A stretch of 64,000 nucleotides of DNA from Carcharhinus longimanus (lineage: Eukaryota), in NCBI GenBank assembly GCA_030264375.1, contig JASCQW010000122.1:27859642-27923641 (forward strand), read 5' to 3'. Both the position numbers and the translations under genes were made by a program. Below, piece after piece: positions 51,100 through 63,555 of the stretch (its first letter is position 1; every line of letters begins with the position of its first letter). The notes below the pieces were generated by a model. It did not search any database and had not been told where the DNA came from. It saw only the letters and a program-made list of their open reading frames with translations.

Positions 51100-52320
51100 T
51101 TTGACTAATTCCTTTCAATGGAGAAACAAATCATAAACAATGTGTCAAATGTTTCCCAATAAGTGTTACTGTTGGGTGAGGTTATGGGTCACAAAATGCT
51201 GGTATATATTTTAAAGGCAAAAATTTGACAAAAACAGAAAGTATATTTGGAGCTTACATGGATAGGTACAAAGAAAGATGATTAAAATTTCATAGCATAA
51301 AATGGTACTTATGCTTTTGCCGGCAAGAGGAAATGAAGATGATGCTTGTGAAGGGATGTCAATTAGGAATGTGTGGCGAAATCTGTAGCTTACAACATAT
51401 TTTAACATTAATTAGAGGAAAATTATTTACCAGTTGAGAAAGAGGTGTTAGCAATTACATGTGACAAAATGACCATAAGATCTAGGAATAGGATCAAGCA
51501 ATTAGGAAAATCCCACTGAGGGAGGACCATCTCTAGTGGCAGTAAAGATTAAGAGGTTGGGTGTTGGTTTTGATGGCCCAGCAGTACAATATGAAAAATG
51601 TTAAGTCCTCAGATCATGCAAATGTGAGCATTCTTTCCAGATTTCCCGTGAAAACTGATTCATTTCTAGCCATTAAGTTATGCATGAATTATTTAACATA
51701 TACAAAAAACATGCCAGTCTCTACCAGTTAAATCAGTGAAGAAAAGCACAAGGATATGGTGCTCAGCAAAGTACTCAATAATGTTACGAAAGGATGGCCT
51801 AAAGAGTGTGATGATGAGAAATTGTAATAGAATTTCCCAGACAGAAATGATCTGAATGTTGGTCAAGACTGCCTCCTGTAGGGTTTGACTGTCATTTTTC
51901 CACCAAGGTTTAGAGAGAGATTGTTAGAGAAACTTCATCATGAGCATACAGAATAGTCCATATGAAAGCAGTACAAGAAACTATTTTTGATTTCCAAAGG
52001 TAGACAATGATATTGAAGAGTTGGTGAAATGTAATAAAGTGTATCTTAGAATGAGAAAATATCCAACCACGGTTCTTTTCATTCTCTGGTCAAACACAGA
52101 AAACTGGAAATGAGCGCATGTTGATTTTTTTGAAGTAGAAAGGAAAGAATACTCTGTTTAGATTGGTAGCTAGGTTGATAAATGTTGAGTCTGTGCCAAA
52201 TACCGTAAGTGTCAAAGCTGTTGAGGTTTTGAGAAGTTAGTTTGCAATTTACGGGTTGGGAAGAGGTGTTGATGTCAGATAATGCCTCACAGTTTATATC
52301 AAAGATCCAACAGCAAACTC
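51100..52320 (+). mobile_element. Gypsy pol fragment (RNase H and integrase)
   Basis: NYLPVEKEVLAI; DHANVSILSRFP; KGWPKECDD; VIFPPRFRERLLEKLHHEH; KVDNDIEELVKC; EEVLMSDNASQFIS. Confidence 0.85.
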
Positions 52321-53974
52321 TCATTTCAGAGGTAAGAATGTTGCTACTGAATGAAGCAGACACTAAGAAAAATATATTGCCATGGGTACAGAAATATATT
52401 TGCATAGCTTTCCTGAATTTATATTTGGCCAGGAGATAATTTATTTTGTTCTCTTTTTCAAAGTCATTTTCCGTGCATGCAAATAAAGTTTCATGGGCAT
52501 AAATAGGGAGGGTACACAGGGATTGCTTCCATGTTTTGCTAATGTTGTTCTGCAACTAGATGTGAGATGACCGCATCAATTGTGGTTCATTTTTCCTGTC
52601 TACTCTCTTCCCTTGTATATGAAAGCTAATCTAGTTCTTCTTGTTGCTTCCACAGATAACTCTCCCTAAGATCAGAGAGTTCACTGGTGGTTGATCTTAG
52701 CTACCTATCTGAAGACTTTGTAGCGCATCAAGTCACTGTATTAATCTTCTGTGTATTGTGACAATAGTTAGAACATTTTCACTTTTAATGTTACAGATCA
52801 TTGATAGTCCCATGAAGCTGGTTGAAGCATCACTACAACTTATATACCATCTTGTAAAATATATTGAAATGCATTTGTCGTTGTCATCTGGGACAATGAA
52901 AGCCATTTTAATCCTTCGAAAGAAACAGTAAGGATAGACATTTGAAAATATACCTTTGGTCAGAAACCCAGAAAGTATTTGAAAGATTTCTACAAACATT
53001 CCTCATCCACTCTTTCATGTATTTCAGAATTGATACTAAAATTTCCAAGACAAGGGCACGATTGTGGCTGTCACCAGACAATGACATATTTCTTTTCTTC
53101 TCTTAACTTACCTGTATCATTCTGTATAGCAGAGCAATTTGTCTGTCATGCAACTCAAACAGGGCCCACTCACCGTACTCATTAAACTGACAGCACAGTT
53201 ATTAGGAGTAAGCAGAGCCAACAGTCAATGAATTTAGCCACTGTTTTTATGGCAAGCAGCGGCACAAATTTTTCAGTAATTAATTTGATAAATATATATT
53301 AATTATGAATTGAGCTGACAGTGCCATCAGATTGTCAGCCTTCCAGACAACCTCTGGTGATAAGTAGCTTTATGTTGAAGTGGTCAGATTTCAGTGCCTG
53401 TCATCCCCAAATGTCAGGACCTTGTCACTGGCCAAACCACTCACTGTGTAATTTCCTGTGTTTTGTAATTAAATGGTGTATTTCTAATTGGAAGCAAGTC
53501 TTTAGAACTTGCGTTTTTTCTGTGTCCTTCCCAATGGGTCCTGTTATTTGTGTACAATTACATTTGCCAACTTCTTTGGAATAAGGAAAGGTGGAATGAA
53601 ATATGCAATTGAATGTATTTGACCAGCTTTCACATTTGGGTGTAGTTTGTAGATATTTGAAAGTTCTGAACTATCAAGTAGTAGAGCTGTATTGTTGTAA
53701 ATTGGTCCTTTACAAAATTTGCAAATAAAAAATGTAGCTCATGTTAAAAAAAATTACAAAAGTCGATTACAGGAAGTAGTTTAAAGATTCAGGTTCTGAG
53801 TGCAGCTTTACCCATGAGTGACCCATAGAAAGAGTTTGTGAGCTTTGCATTGCATTCCCAATATAGGTTTTCACAAAATATCAATACTAAGAGTCCAAAT
53901 TTCATAAAATGTTCCCTCTAATATTCATTGAGGTGAAGGACAATTATACAGTGTTTACAGCAGTGATCAAAAGT

Positions 53975-54220
53975 GGCTTTGGAGGCAGGGAGAAACTGTT
54001 TCTGCTGGTTGAAAGCTCAGTCACCAGAGGAAACAGGTTTAAGATAACTGCTAAAAATCCCAGAATGGAAATGAGAATTTTATATTTTGGTATGACTTAT
54101 TACAATCTGGAATGAATTGCCAAAAATGGTGGTGGAAGCAGATTCAATGGTAACTTTCCAAAGGGAAATGTCTATAAATGTGACGAGAAAGGTTTTCAGA
54201 ACCATGGGAAAGAACAGGAG
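53975..54220 (+). mobile_element. Old CR1 3' remnant
   Basis: REKLFLLVESSVTRGNRFKI...MVVEADSMVTFQRE. Confidence 0.7.
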
Positions 54221-54418
54221 GGGATGTCATGGTGGTGGTGATTATGGTGGTGGTAGTCGGCTGGGGGGGGGGGGGGGGGGAAGGGGCGGGGGGTGGGGGA
54301 GGGGGGGGTGCAATCTAANNNNNNNNNNNNNNNNNNNNNNNNNNNNNNNNNNNNNNNNNNNNNNNNNNNNNNNNNNNNNNNNNNNNNNNNNNNNNNNNNN
54401 NNNNNNNNNNNNNNNNNN

Positions 54419-54492
<74 letters not shown>

Positions 54493-54794
54493 CAATCTAA
54501 GGTCAGTTCTGATCCAGGCACCTTCTAAAGAAGACGCCCCAATCTCTATGGAGTTGGTCTTGCCCACAGTATCAAGCTTGACTCACTACACTAATGACAT
54601 AAACCGTGGCTCTGGTCTAAAGACTTGGCAGCGCATCTGGAGTGATACATGCCAGTTTTTAGTCAGAGCCTAACACTCTGCCAAATTATGGGAAAATTCC
54701 ACCCAATATATACAAATTCCTCCTTTCCATTGCCCTTCACATTATTATCACAATGTAAGAACTGACATGTGACAGAAACCTTGGGCTGAGTTTT

Positions 54795-55440
54795 ACCAGC
54801 AAATGGTGTGTTGGCCTTCATAGCAAGAGAATTTGAGTGTAGGGATAGGGATGTTTTGCTGCAATTGTATAGGGCTTGATGAGGCCACACCTGAAGTATT
54901 GTGTGTAGTTATGGTGTCCTTACCTGAGGAAGGATATCCTTGCTATAGAGGGAGTACAGTGAAGATTTATCAAGCTAATTCCTGGGATGGCAGGTCTGTC
55001 AGGGTGGTGGAATAGTTGGGATTATATTCACTGGGTTTAGAAGAGTGAGAGGGGATCTCATAGAAACTTTTAAAATTTTAACTGAATTAGACAGGATAAA
55101 TATAGAAAGAATGTTCCCAATGGTGGGGAGTCCAGAACTGGGGTCATAGTTTGAGGATAAGGGGTAAACCTTTTAGAACTGAGGTGAAGAGAAATTTCTT
55201 CACCCAAAGGGTGGTGAATGTGTGAAATTCACTTCCACTGAATGTAGTTGAGGCCAAAAAGTTGTCTGATTTCAAGAAGAAATTAGATATAGTTCTTGGG
55301 ACCACAGGGATTAAGGGATGTGGGAGAAAGGAGGGATCAGGTTATTGAATTTGGTGATCAGCCATGATCAAAATGAATAGTGGAGCAGACTCGAAGGCCC
55401 AAATGGCCTATACTTCCTTCTAGTTTCTATGTTTCTATGA
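54795..55440 (+). mobile_element. CR1/HER1 3' end
   Basis: ANGVLAFIAREFECRDRDVLLQLYRA*..RPHLKYCV...RVRGDLIETFKIL...FFTQRVVNV; tail TTTCTATGTTTCTATG. Confidence 0.92.
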
Positions 55441-55994
55441 CCTCCCTTCCCTCAGCCCCAGACATTCCCTTGATTAAAAACTGCCTGCATTTAGTCCTAA
55501 GTATGGCACTGCAGTGGCTCTGTCAGCCACTATGGCACTGTGCCTGGATGAGCTGGAGAGCTGTCAACCAATCAGATTGTTCAACAGCTCTCCAAGGCAG
55601 GACTTCCTTCCAAGTGTGGTGGGAAGTCCCACCTGTTGCCAATCAGTGCTCATTTGAACATGAAATGGCAGTGGGCCTGTTGGAGTCAGTGGAGATGTGT
55701 CCTTTGTCAACTCTCCAAATGGTGGGGGCTGAGTCGCCTCCATCTGAAAATTCAGGCCTTGCTCTTCAAGAGTGCCATGTCATGGAGGTAGCTTTTCCTA
55801 AATTTTGCAGACTCAGAAGTGGCTACTGCTAGCAGTGACATTGTTGTGGCTTCTGCAATGTCTGGCCTGAATTGGGTGATGGTTCCTGCAGCAGCCTCTT
55901 AATTGGGTTCCGGCAGCAAAATGTTGACCCTTTGTCACCCACTGGCATGGGGTTGGCTCTTGCTTATGATCCCAGCAGTGGGACATGTACATTT

Positions 55995-56368
55995 TTTAAA
56001 AATTCATTCATAGGATATGTGCGTTCCTGGCAAGCCGGCATTTATTGCCGATCCCTAGTTGCCCAAGGGCAGTTGAGAGTCAACTACATTGTTTTNNNNN
56101 NNNNNCATTGTTTTGGCTCTGGAATCTCACATAGGTCAAACCAGGTAAGGATGGCAGATTTCCTTCCCTGAAGGGCATTAGTGAAGCAGATGGTTTTTTC
56201 AGACAATTGGCAATGGTTTCATGGTCATCAGTTGATTCTTAATTCCAGATTTTTTCATTGAATTCAAATTCCATCATCTGCTATGGATTCAAACCAGGGA
56301 CCCAGAACTTTAGCTGAGTTTTTGGATTAACAGTCTCATGATAATACCACTAGGTCATTGCCTCCCCT
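55995..56368 (-). mobile_element. tRNA-derived SINE with a CR1-group LINE-like tail
   Basis: Minus-strand head GGGGAGGCAATGACCTAGTGGTATTATC...GGTTTGAATCC. The tail GGCAATAAATGC...ATGAATGAAT resembles the tail of the LINE at 20490. Confidence 0.75.
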
Positions 56369-56865
56369 TCAATTGTGAGAAAATCTAGCCCTTCCATTTG
56401 CATCAGTGGCTCTAAAGGTTCTTGTAAATACAACTGCAGTATTAATTTCTCCACACCAAAAACAAAATAAATTCCTACATTATAAAGCCATTAATAAAAA
56501 TGATTAATTAGTTGTAAAAAAGTGTGTCAGGCAACTTGCTTAGCTGAATACAGTGAATTTTGCTTACAGTGAAAATCATCTGCCTACGAGGGCCACACGT
56601 TGTGACCGATCTGTACCAGTTCCATTGCAGTGGCCAGGTACTTTTACTGCTATCATTTCACTACCATGACTCTAGCATGGGGCTGAACATCTGCATGCTG
56701 CTCGCTAGATGCTCCCACAATGGGGTGGCCCAAGTATGAGCGAGTCTACTGTGTATTGCAGCTAGCGTCTTGCTTGTAAAGATAGTCTGTGCCTCTTAAA
56801 GGGAATCTGCATCACTGAACTGAAGCCCGACCGAAAGTGATTTTTAACATTGAAGGCCAAGAAAA

Positions 56866-57610
56866 ATGGCAAACTGAGTAAGGGAGAGGACGCTAAGATT
56901 CAGTGATGCTGCACTGGGGGTGAACATGATTTGGAGATGCCAGCGTTGGACTGGGGTAAACACAGTAAGAAGTCTTAAGAACCTGGTGTTGTGGGACTTC
57001 TTATGGCACTGGTGAACCCAGTGGAGACAAGGAGAGAAGCTATGTTTCAAAATTTGCAAGGAGGCCCTCAAGCAGCGGTCTCTGAAGGGAATGGGAGCAT
57101 GTGGCAAGGGAAGTGAATGCTTGTTGACTGGCCTCCAATGGCACCAGTGTCACAGGAAGCTTAATGACCATAATCTTGTTAGCAAGGTTAGTGAATATAT
57201 TCTGAAAAGACATTGCATACCCACCATTCACCAACTTCTCGTTGCTCACTGCGCCACACACTTATTACTCACAAAGCAGCACTCACTAACACTCAAAATT
57301 CACACCTAATATTCACATTTTCCCAGCACACCTTCCAAACACCAGCATCACAGCCACCTTTCACTGCATCTACATACTTCCAACTTATCAACTATAGGAG
57401 GGATATTATCCAAACAGAGTCCAACACAAGCACAGATGTTCTGTCCTCTCTCATGCAAGTAAAGATGGCCCATAACAACAGGGAAATCCAGAACACCAGT
57501 GGAGATCAGTACAACTCCAGACCTCCCTGAAGAGACAGTACCTAGAATAATAGGGTCAGCAACAACAAAGCCCATGGCATCTGAAGCCACAATGACTATT
57601 CAGGATGATC
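56866..57610 (+). pseudogene. Harbinger Myb/SANT partner gene fossil (exons 56866-57186 and 57459-57610)
   Basis: RERTLRFSDAAL...VETRREAMF...REWEHVAREVNA...QCHRKLND|GTTAGT; KMAHNNREIQNTSG...ETVPRIIG...|GTAAGT. Confidence 0.78.
56926..57002 (-). mobile_element. Penelope terminal fragment inserted in the Myb exon
   Basis: ATGATTTGGAGATGCCAGCGTTGGACTGGGGTAAACACAGTAAGAAGTC with an inverted CTGGTGTTGTGGGACTTCTT. Flanked by GGTGAAC repeats (56919-56925, 57011-57017). Confidence 0.75.
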
Positions 57611-57671
57611 GTAAGTGACTATTTTGTATCCCTTCTCACCCTCTTGTGTCATCAGATGGAAACTGTAGATG

Positions 57672-57790
57672 GAGCTTTGACAAAGGGTCATCTGGATTTG
57701 AAACGTCAGCTCTTTTCTCTCCTTACACAAGCTGCCAGACCTGCTGAGATTTTCCAGCATTTTCTCTTTTGGTTTCAGATTCCAGCATCC
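57672..57790 (+). mobile_element. Penelope-derived repeat with a degenerate hammerhead (57672-57712)
   Basis: GAGCT TTGACAA A GGGTC ATCTG GATTT GAAA CG TC AGCTC, followed by GCTGCCAGACCTGCTGAGATTTTCCAGCATTTTC. Confidence 0.75.
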
Positions 57791-59439
57791 NNNNNNNNNN
57801 NNNNNNNNNNNNNNNNNNNNNNNNNNNNNNNNNNNNNNNNNNNNNNNNNNNNNNNNNNNNNNNNNNNNNNNNNNNNNNNNNNNNNNNNNNNNNNNNNNNN
57901 NNNNNNNNNNNNNNNNNNNNNNNNNNNNNNNNNNNNNNNNNNNNNNNNNNNNNNNNNNNNNNNNCAGCCACCAGCTCAGCTGCTGACACTGTACGTATCT
58001 TAGAACTGGGATCAGAACATGCATGTCAAGTCATTGGGCATGAATGAACAACAGCCAGAGCAGTGGAAAAGAGTGGTTCTTTTGCCAACTCTCTGAAAGG
58101 TAAGGTTGGAGATGAGTTTTGCTGCAGGGGATTCAGATAAAGACTTTAATGAGGTGGCATACTGAAGAACATTGAAAATGATGCATATGGAGATACTGGG
58201 TATATTGGGAAGCATACCAGTCAGCATTTTGTCACTGTCAAGGAGCATGGAGGAAGTTGATTTTTACATAGCTTAGGGTATCACATAGAGCTTGGATTCC
58301 ATCTTTTCCATTGTGTAAGGTATGGTCAACATGACTTCACCCAGTAGTGATGGAATGTCTGGTGGTGGCTTTCTCAGCTTCCACCACGGCACAAGCAATA
58401 TTTTATCAAGGGCTTTGCAGACTCTCAATTCTGTTAATTGGACCTCAAAGGGGCTTGCATGGTCTTCATCTCTCAGGATAACAGTCTTCGTGTACCCACT
58501 ATTGCCTGTGCTGTCCTGGTGCTTCTCAGTCAGACTGCTGCAAACCATTCCAATGTGATGCTATTGGAGGTTGAGCTGTCTAAGCTCAGAGCTGCACAAA
58601 GTCAGCCCCAGTGAAAGTCAGCAGCTTTTCATTTTGTTTTGTGATGTTGAAGCCACCCGGCTTGCACTTCATAGAAACACAAAGACAAGAAAGATACTCT
58701 TGAAACAGCCACTGAAGGAGCCGCATGAGGGCGAATAGTTCATTTTCATTTGTGTATTTGGATAAAGATGTTAACGAAATTGTTGGCTCTTATTTGAGCA
58801 ATCAGATGCTCTGATGGAGTATCTCAGATGGATGTAATGATGGGGAATGATGCATTCATGTTGGTCTGTGGAAATTACAAAAATGAAATCATTGCTTTTT
58901 TAATTGTTATGGGGTTCAAGATACCTCCTCTCTGCCTCCTGCTGTTCCTTCTCCCCTAATGTGGATCTTGCCTGCTAAGATTAATTTCCTGGGCATGTTG
59001 CAGATTAAAAGGTATTGCAACCATACCCTCGGAATCTGGGACAGGGATTCTTCTGTAAGCATCAGGTCTCAAATCCCAACTCCAAAAACACTCCACAAGG
59101 ATTCCATAAACTTAATCTTGGCAAAAATGATTCCATAAAGCTCTACCTGCAAATTGGGTGACTTGCACTCGAAATACCAGGCCCATCTTGCAGTTCAGCA
59201 CTTGCTTTTTTTGCAGAGATACACAAATTTGTTGTCTGGACATGAGAGGTCCAAATTAGGCATCCTGGCAACACATTAGTCAGTGGGGTTGTGTGACGTC
59301 AGGAATGCATTCTTTCTAAGCTTTTTGGTGCATGTGAGGGTGGCAAATGGGCACCCTTCTCAAGATGGCATGTCTTTCAGGAAGTGAATGGACACAGATC
59401 AAGTCCCAGCAAAACAGTGCTGAAAATCATGCCTTCCAT

Positions 59440-59900
59440 CCACAAATCTCTAGACTTTTGGAAAGTTATGACTAATATATCTGCAATTTCCTCAGCTATT
59501 TATTTTAAGACATTTGGGTGGAAAAATCAGTTCCAAGAGACCAGTCTATTTTAAATTTCACTATTTTTGCCAGCGCTCTTTTTTAAGTTTAGTTTAAATT
59601 CAGTTGTTACTCCCTTGACATATTTTAGGTTCCTTTATAACACCAGCATTTTGTTTTCTTTCTCCGCCATGAAAACAATTACAAAGTTTTCATTTAATAT
59701 GTTTGCTTTTTCCTTATCATCTATTCTAGTTTTGCTCCTTAATGCATCCCCATTTCCTTTTATTTTATAATCTATTTGTAAAGTATTTTGCCATTTGCTT
59801 AAATGGCACTGCAAGCTTTTTTAATCATATTCATGTTTTGCACCTTTTATTACTTTGTTACTTTAAGCAGTATCATAAAACATACTTGCTTCATCATTAA
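59440..59900 (-). mobile_element. Old CR1 ORF2 remnant
   Basis: Minus strand shows MENKMLVL...GSNN..PKCLK...AEEIAD...SRDLWME, resembling the CR1 linker region before RT. Confidence 0.5.
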
Positions 59901-61489
59901 TTTAGGTGCAAGAATTGTACTGTGGACTTCATTATCCTAAATTGCAACCTAACTTTGGAAGTATTTAGAAGTAAGTCAGTAAGATAAAGGTATGTTCACA
60001 CCGCTAAGGGTTCCAAGATGTAACTAAAGAGCTTTTGTGCATTTGTCAGATGTCAGTGCTTACTTATTAGTACAGATGGAATGAAACATATTCAGATTGC
60101 TTTGATCATGGTATCAGGCAGTAATGAAAAGCTGGAAACAATGATAATCATAATCCATTTGAGCATGAGTGCCTGCTTCTAAAACACTTTCATTCTAAGG
60201 ATCTATAACTACATTTACGTGTATCTGTATGGACATATCTGCAAAAGTATCTATGGCTACATGTCTGTGTGTGTCTACATATCTGTATCTGTGCATAGGC
60301 ATGTGTGCACGTGTCCTTTCATGTATCACCAAGATTGTGGCATGTACTTTGAGCTAATTTTAACACTGCTCACAATACAAATTTTACATACAGATGCACT
60401 AGTCATTGAAAATTTCTCAGTTTGAGGAAAGATATAATGACCAGAGCAACCTAACAATTACTAAATCTCAGTCAGGCCCCTTTCCTATTTAAAGAGGGTT
60501 GTCTATGCTTTCTGGTGGGTATGCCTTCGGCTCTGATAGAGCAGCTTATTATTGGAATCCATGGAAAGGCTGTGGGATCAATGTAGCTTACTTGTTCCAG
60601 GCATTTCTCTCTGCCCTCTCCCCAGTTTCTGCCTGGCATGTCAGGATAAAATAAGCCCTTAGGACACAGAGCTTTGAAGAAGCTGAATTGCAGCCCAGTG
60701 GGAAGGAGCTGGGAAGAGATGATGCTCTCCTAATTTTGTAATGTCCCATTGGTACAATTGTGCACTGGACTTTCAGCACTGCAGAATCGGCCCTGTTGTG
60801 TGTGGACAAATTTTATAATTAGCATTTGAATTTTTCTGAGATACAGCCGTCCTACATCTTGAATTCCCACAGCCAAATGACCTCCAATTCTTACTGTTTT
60901 ATATCTTTAAAGTAATTCTCCTGAAATCGATGACTTGAGATGAAAAAAAGATTTTAACATCTAATATGAGCCAAGATCTGATGGATTTGTGAAATTCATA
61001 TCAATTAATGAAACACAGTAACTAAACAGGAAAAGGAGATTGATTGATACATGTTGCATTAAATGACAAGTTTCTAACCCTAATCAGCCACAGTTCATTA
61101 AGTTTGCAATGTCTTCCCAAGGGGAGGAACCAGCATGAGTTTTGTGAACTCACGCTGAATGAATTACAAAGCGTATTTGAGCATAAGGTTACACGCTGAA
61201 ATTTTCTGACATTGGAATCAGGTTAAAACCTGTTACAACTTTTCTCCTTTCCGGGGATAAGTTGTATCACTGTCTTTAGAGTGAAGCGTGAAACTGTATC
61301 CATCTAATTTTTGGGTCAGTGGAAAGGAATATCAGGTAGGCTGTGTAATAAAACAATTGATCCAGTACGGTGAGTTTCATGCCCCAGCTGTAGGCAGTAC
61401 TTCTGATCATAATACAGGTTAACACTTTAACTTGAAAGAGTGAGATAGTGCCAAAAGCCTACCCTCTAAAATGGGTATACAAATAACAC

Positions 61490-61560
61490 CATTTGAAAAA
61501 GAGCAAGAGAGTTTTCTTTTGGTGCCCTTCATGGCCAACATTTATCCCTTAACCAACATG
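61490..61560 (+). mobile_element. DeuSINE core fragment
   Basis: CCATTTGAAAAAGAGCAAGAGAGTT...TGGCCAACATTTATCCCTTAACCAACAT. Confidence 0.6.
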
Positions 61561-61811
61561 ATAAAAGAGAAAAACAAAATACTGCTATTGCTGTAAATCG
61601 GAAATGAAAATAGGAAGTACTGCAAGCGTTCAACAGGTCTGGTAGCATCTGAGGAGAGAGAAACAGAGTTAAAGGGCAAAACTTCACAGCACCTTCTGCC
61701 AACAGATCTTCCGGTCTTGCTGAAGTCAATGGCCCACCCTGCTGTGATGGAGCTGAAACATTCCGCCCAAAGTTTCAGGTTGCTGACCTTTTGCCCAAAC
61801 TGACAAATACA

Positions 61812-61950
61812 TTTTAATGGCATCAAGAGGTATAGGGAGAAACCAGGAATATGGCATTGAGATAAGGATCAGCCATGATCATATTGAGTGGAGGAGCCAG
61901 TTCAAACGTCTGAATGGCCTACTCATCCTTGTTTCTATGTTACTATGATT
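61812..61950 (+). mobile_element. CR1 3' tail
   Basis: GGCATCAAGAGGTATAGGGAGAA...GATCAGCCATGATCATATTGA...TGAATGGCCTACTCATCC. Confidence 0.8.
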
Positions 61951-62575
61951 CTAAAAGAGGCCACCTCCAAGCTGAGGTGCTCCTCCCCACCATACAGACT
62001 GCTGCTGGGAGACCATCTCGATATAATCTGTTGGTATCATGACGGGCTGGGGACCCATCATGATGTCCATAAAATGGCAGCAGGGTGGACACTGGTCACT
62101 TCATTGAATCAATTGGTCACCTACTCACAGTTAGTCAGCAGCCACATTGCTCCTGTTCCTGCTTTTTGGAATATCCCATGCAAACAGGAAGTCATCAGAC
62201 TTCTTTCCCAGCAGCTTTCACTGCCATGTTAGCAGCTCCCTTGCCTCCCAGCGAATTTCCAGAAGGCTGGTAAAATTCAGCCAAATGTGTCTACCAGCCC
62301 CATGCTTTTTGTGGATCCTGAGAAGGTGGTAAGAGCAGAAACTATGAGGTTACAGCCATGGAAGAAAGATCTCCAGAGAAGATGAGGTCAGTGACAGTCC
62401 TGAAAATGAGGTGGTGGATTCATACCAGAGGAGGAACTTGGCCTTGATATTTCTGGGAAATTGGGGAGGCTGCATTGGAGTGCAAAAGCAGAGGGAAAAC
62501 TCGGCACAACTATATATATGGCAATCCCACTGAATTCATACAATTCCTGCCACCTGCCTGGCAACTAACCACATT

Positions 62576-62663
62576 AAAAGGTCTGACAATACCAGGTTTA
62601 AGTCCAACTGATTTATTTGATAGTAAACTCACAAGCTTTCGAGGTTTCCCTCTTCGTCAGGTG
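62576..62663 (-). mobile_element. 88-bp Penelope-derived insertion with a perfect 12-bp TSD
   Basis: ACTAACCACATT at 62564-62575 and 62664-62675. The body is homologous to the Penelope terminus at 20277-20360. Confidence 0.9.
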
Positions 62664-62664
62664 A
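62629..62664 (-). ncRNA. Minimal type-I hammerhead ribozyme with intact core
   Basis: Minus strand UCAC-CUGACGA-A-GAGG-GAAA-CCUC-GAAA-GC-UU-GUGA. Stem I is UCAC/GUGA, the cores are CUGANGA and GAAA, stem II is closed by a GNRA loop, and the palindromic AAGCUU replaces stem III. Confidence 0.85.
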
Positions 62665-63344
62665 CTAACCACATTGACAGGCTGACTAGACGCTAGCTGG
62701 GAATTTCAGCAGTAACAAGCACGGGNNNNNNNNNNNNNNNNNNNNNNNNNNNNNNNNNNNNNNNNNNNNNNNNNNNNNNNNNNNNNNNNNNNNNNNNNNN
62801 NNNNNNNNNNNNNNNNNNNNNNNNNAGCGGTTGATTGGTGGGGGGAGGGGGAGGTGGGGAAAGGGGGAGTTGGGAGTTGGGGGGCGAATGAGAGATTAAG
62901 GATGATAGCAGGGAAGAGTGAGGCCATTACAGGAGGGAAATTGAGGCTGGGGGTTGGATAAGACTATCAAAGGAAGGAAGGGAGGTGAAGGAAATCAATT
63001 AGGACAAAAAAACCCAACAACAGAAAGAGGCTGAAGTCTTCAGGAGGGACTTGGAGAGCTTGCTGTTCTTGGCCCAGAAGGAATGCTGAAAAGGCTTCTG
63101 TTTCTCTGCTGTGTTTCTGGAGTCCTGGGAGGCCCATTTAACAACTGTAAGATTTACATCAGGATTTTAATTGCATTTGGTAACCTTATTTTAAAATGAT
63201 ATTTCTGCGTCCCACCTCTTGCTATCAGGATATTCGAATGCAGTGAAACTCACTGCCATGAAAAGAGCATGTACTTGCCGTGTATTGGAAATGTTATTCT
63301 CATTTAAAACATTTACCCCGTACCCTCTTTTCCTGACTTTAACC

Positions 63345-63555
63345 CATCATTTGGCATTTAACATTGAGGTAATTATCTGGATATTTATCTCACTGCTGCT
63401 TGTGCGATCTTGCTGTTCACAAATTGTCCATGTCTCCCTAGATTTACAATTGTGACTATCAGTACTTCAAAAGCACTCAATTGATGGGAATGTGCCCTGG
63501 GTCCTGCTAAGGCCATAAACGGAATGATATAAGTATAAGTTCATTTCTTTGTTTC
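63345..63555 (+). mobile_element. DeuSINE 3' fragment
   Basis: TTATCTGG...TTATCTCACTGCTGCTTGTGCGATCTTGCTGTTCACAAATTG...ACTTCAAAAGCACTCAATTG...TATAAGTATAAGTTC; homologous to 39400-39570. Confidence 0.7.

Noticed and set aside
52079-52555. 158-aa minus-strand ORF
   Set aside because: Largely antisense to a Gypsy integrase remnant, with no domain signal.
54263-54500. Poly-G/poly-C tracts giving poly-Gly and poly-Pro ORFs
   Set aside because: They lie beside a gap with duplicated GCAATCTAA and are probably a sequencing or assembly artefact.
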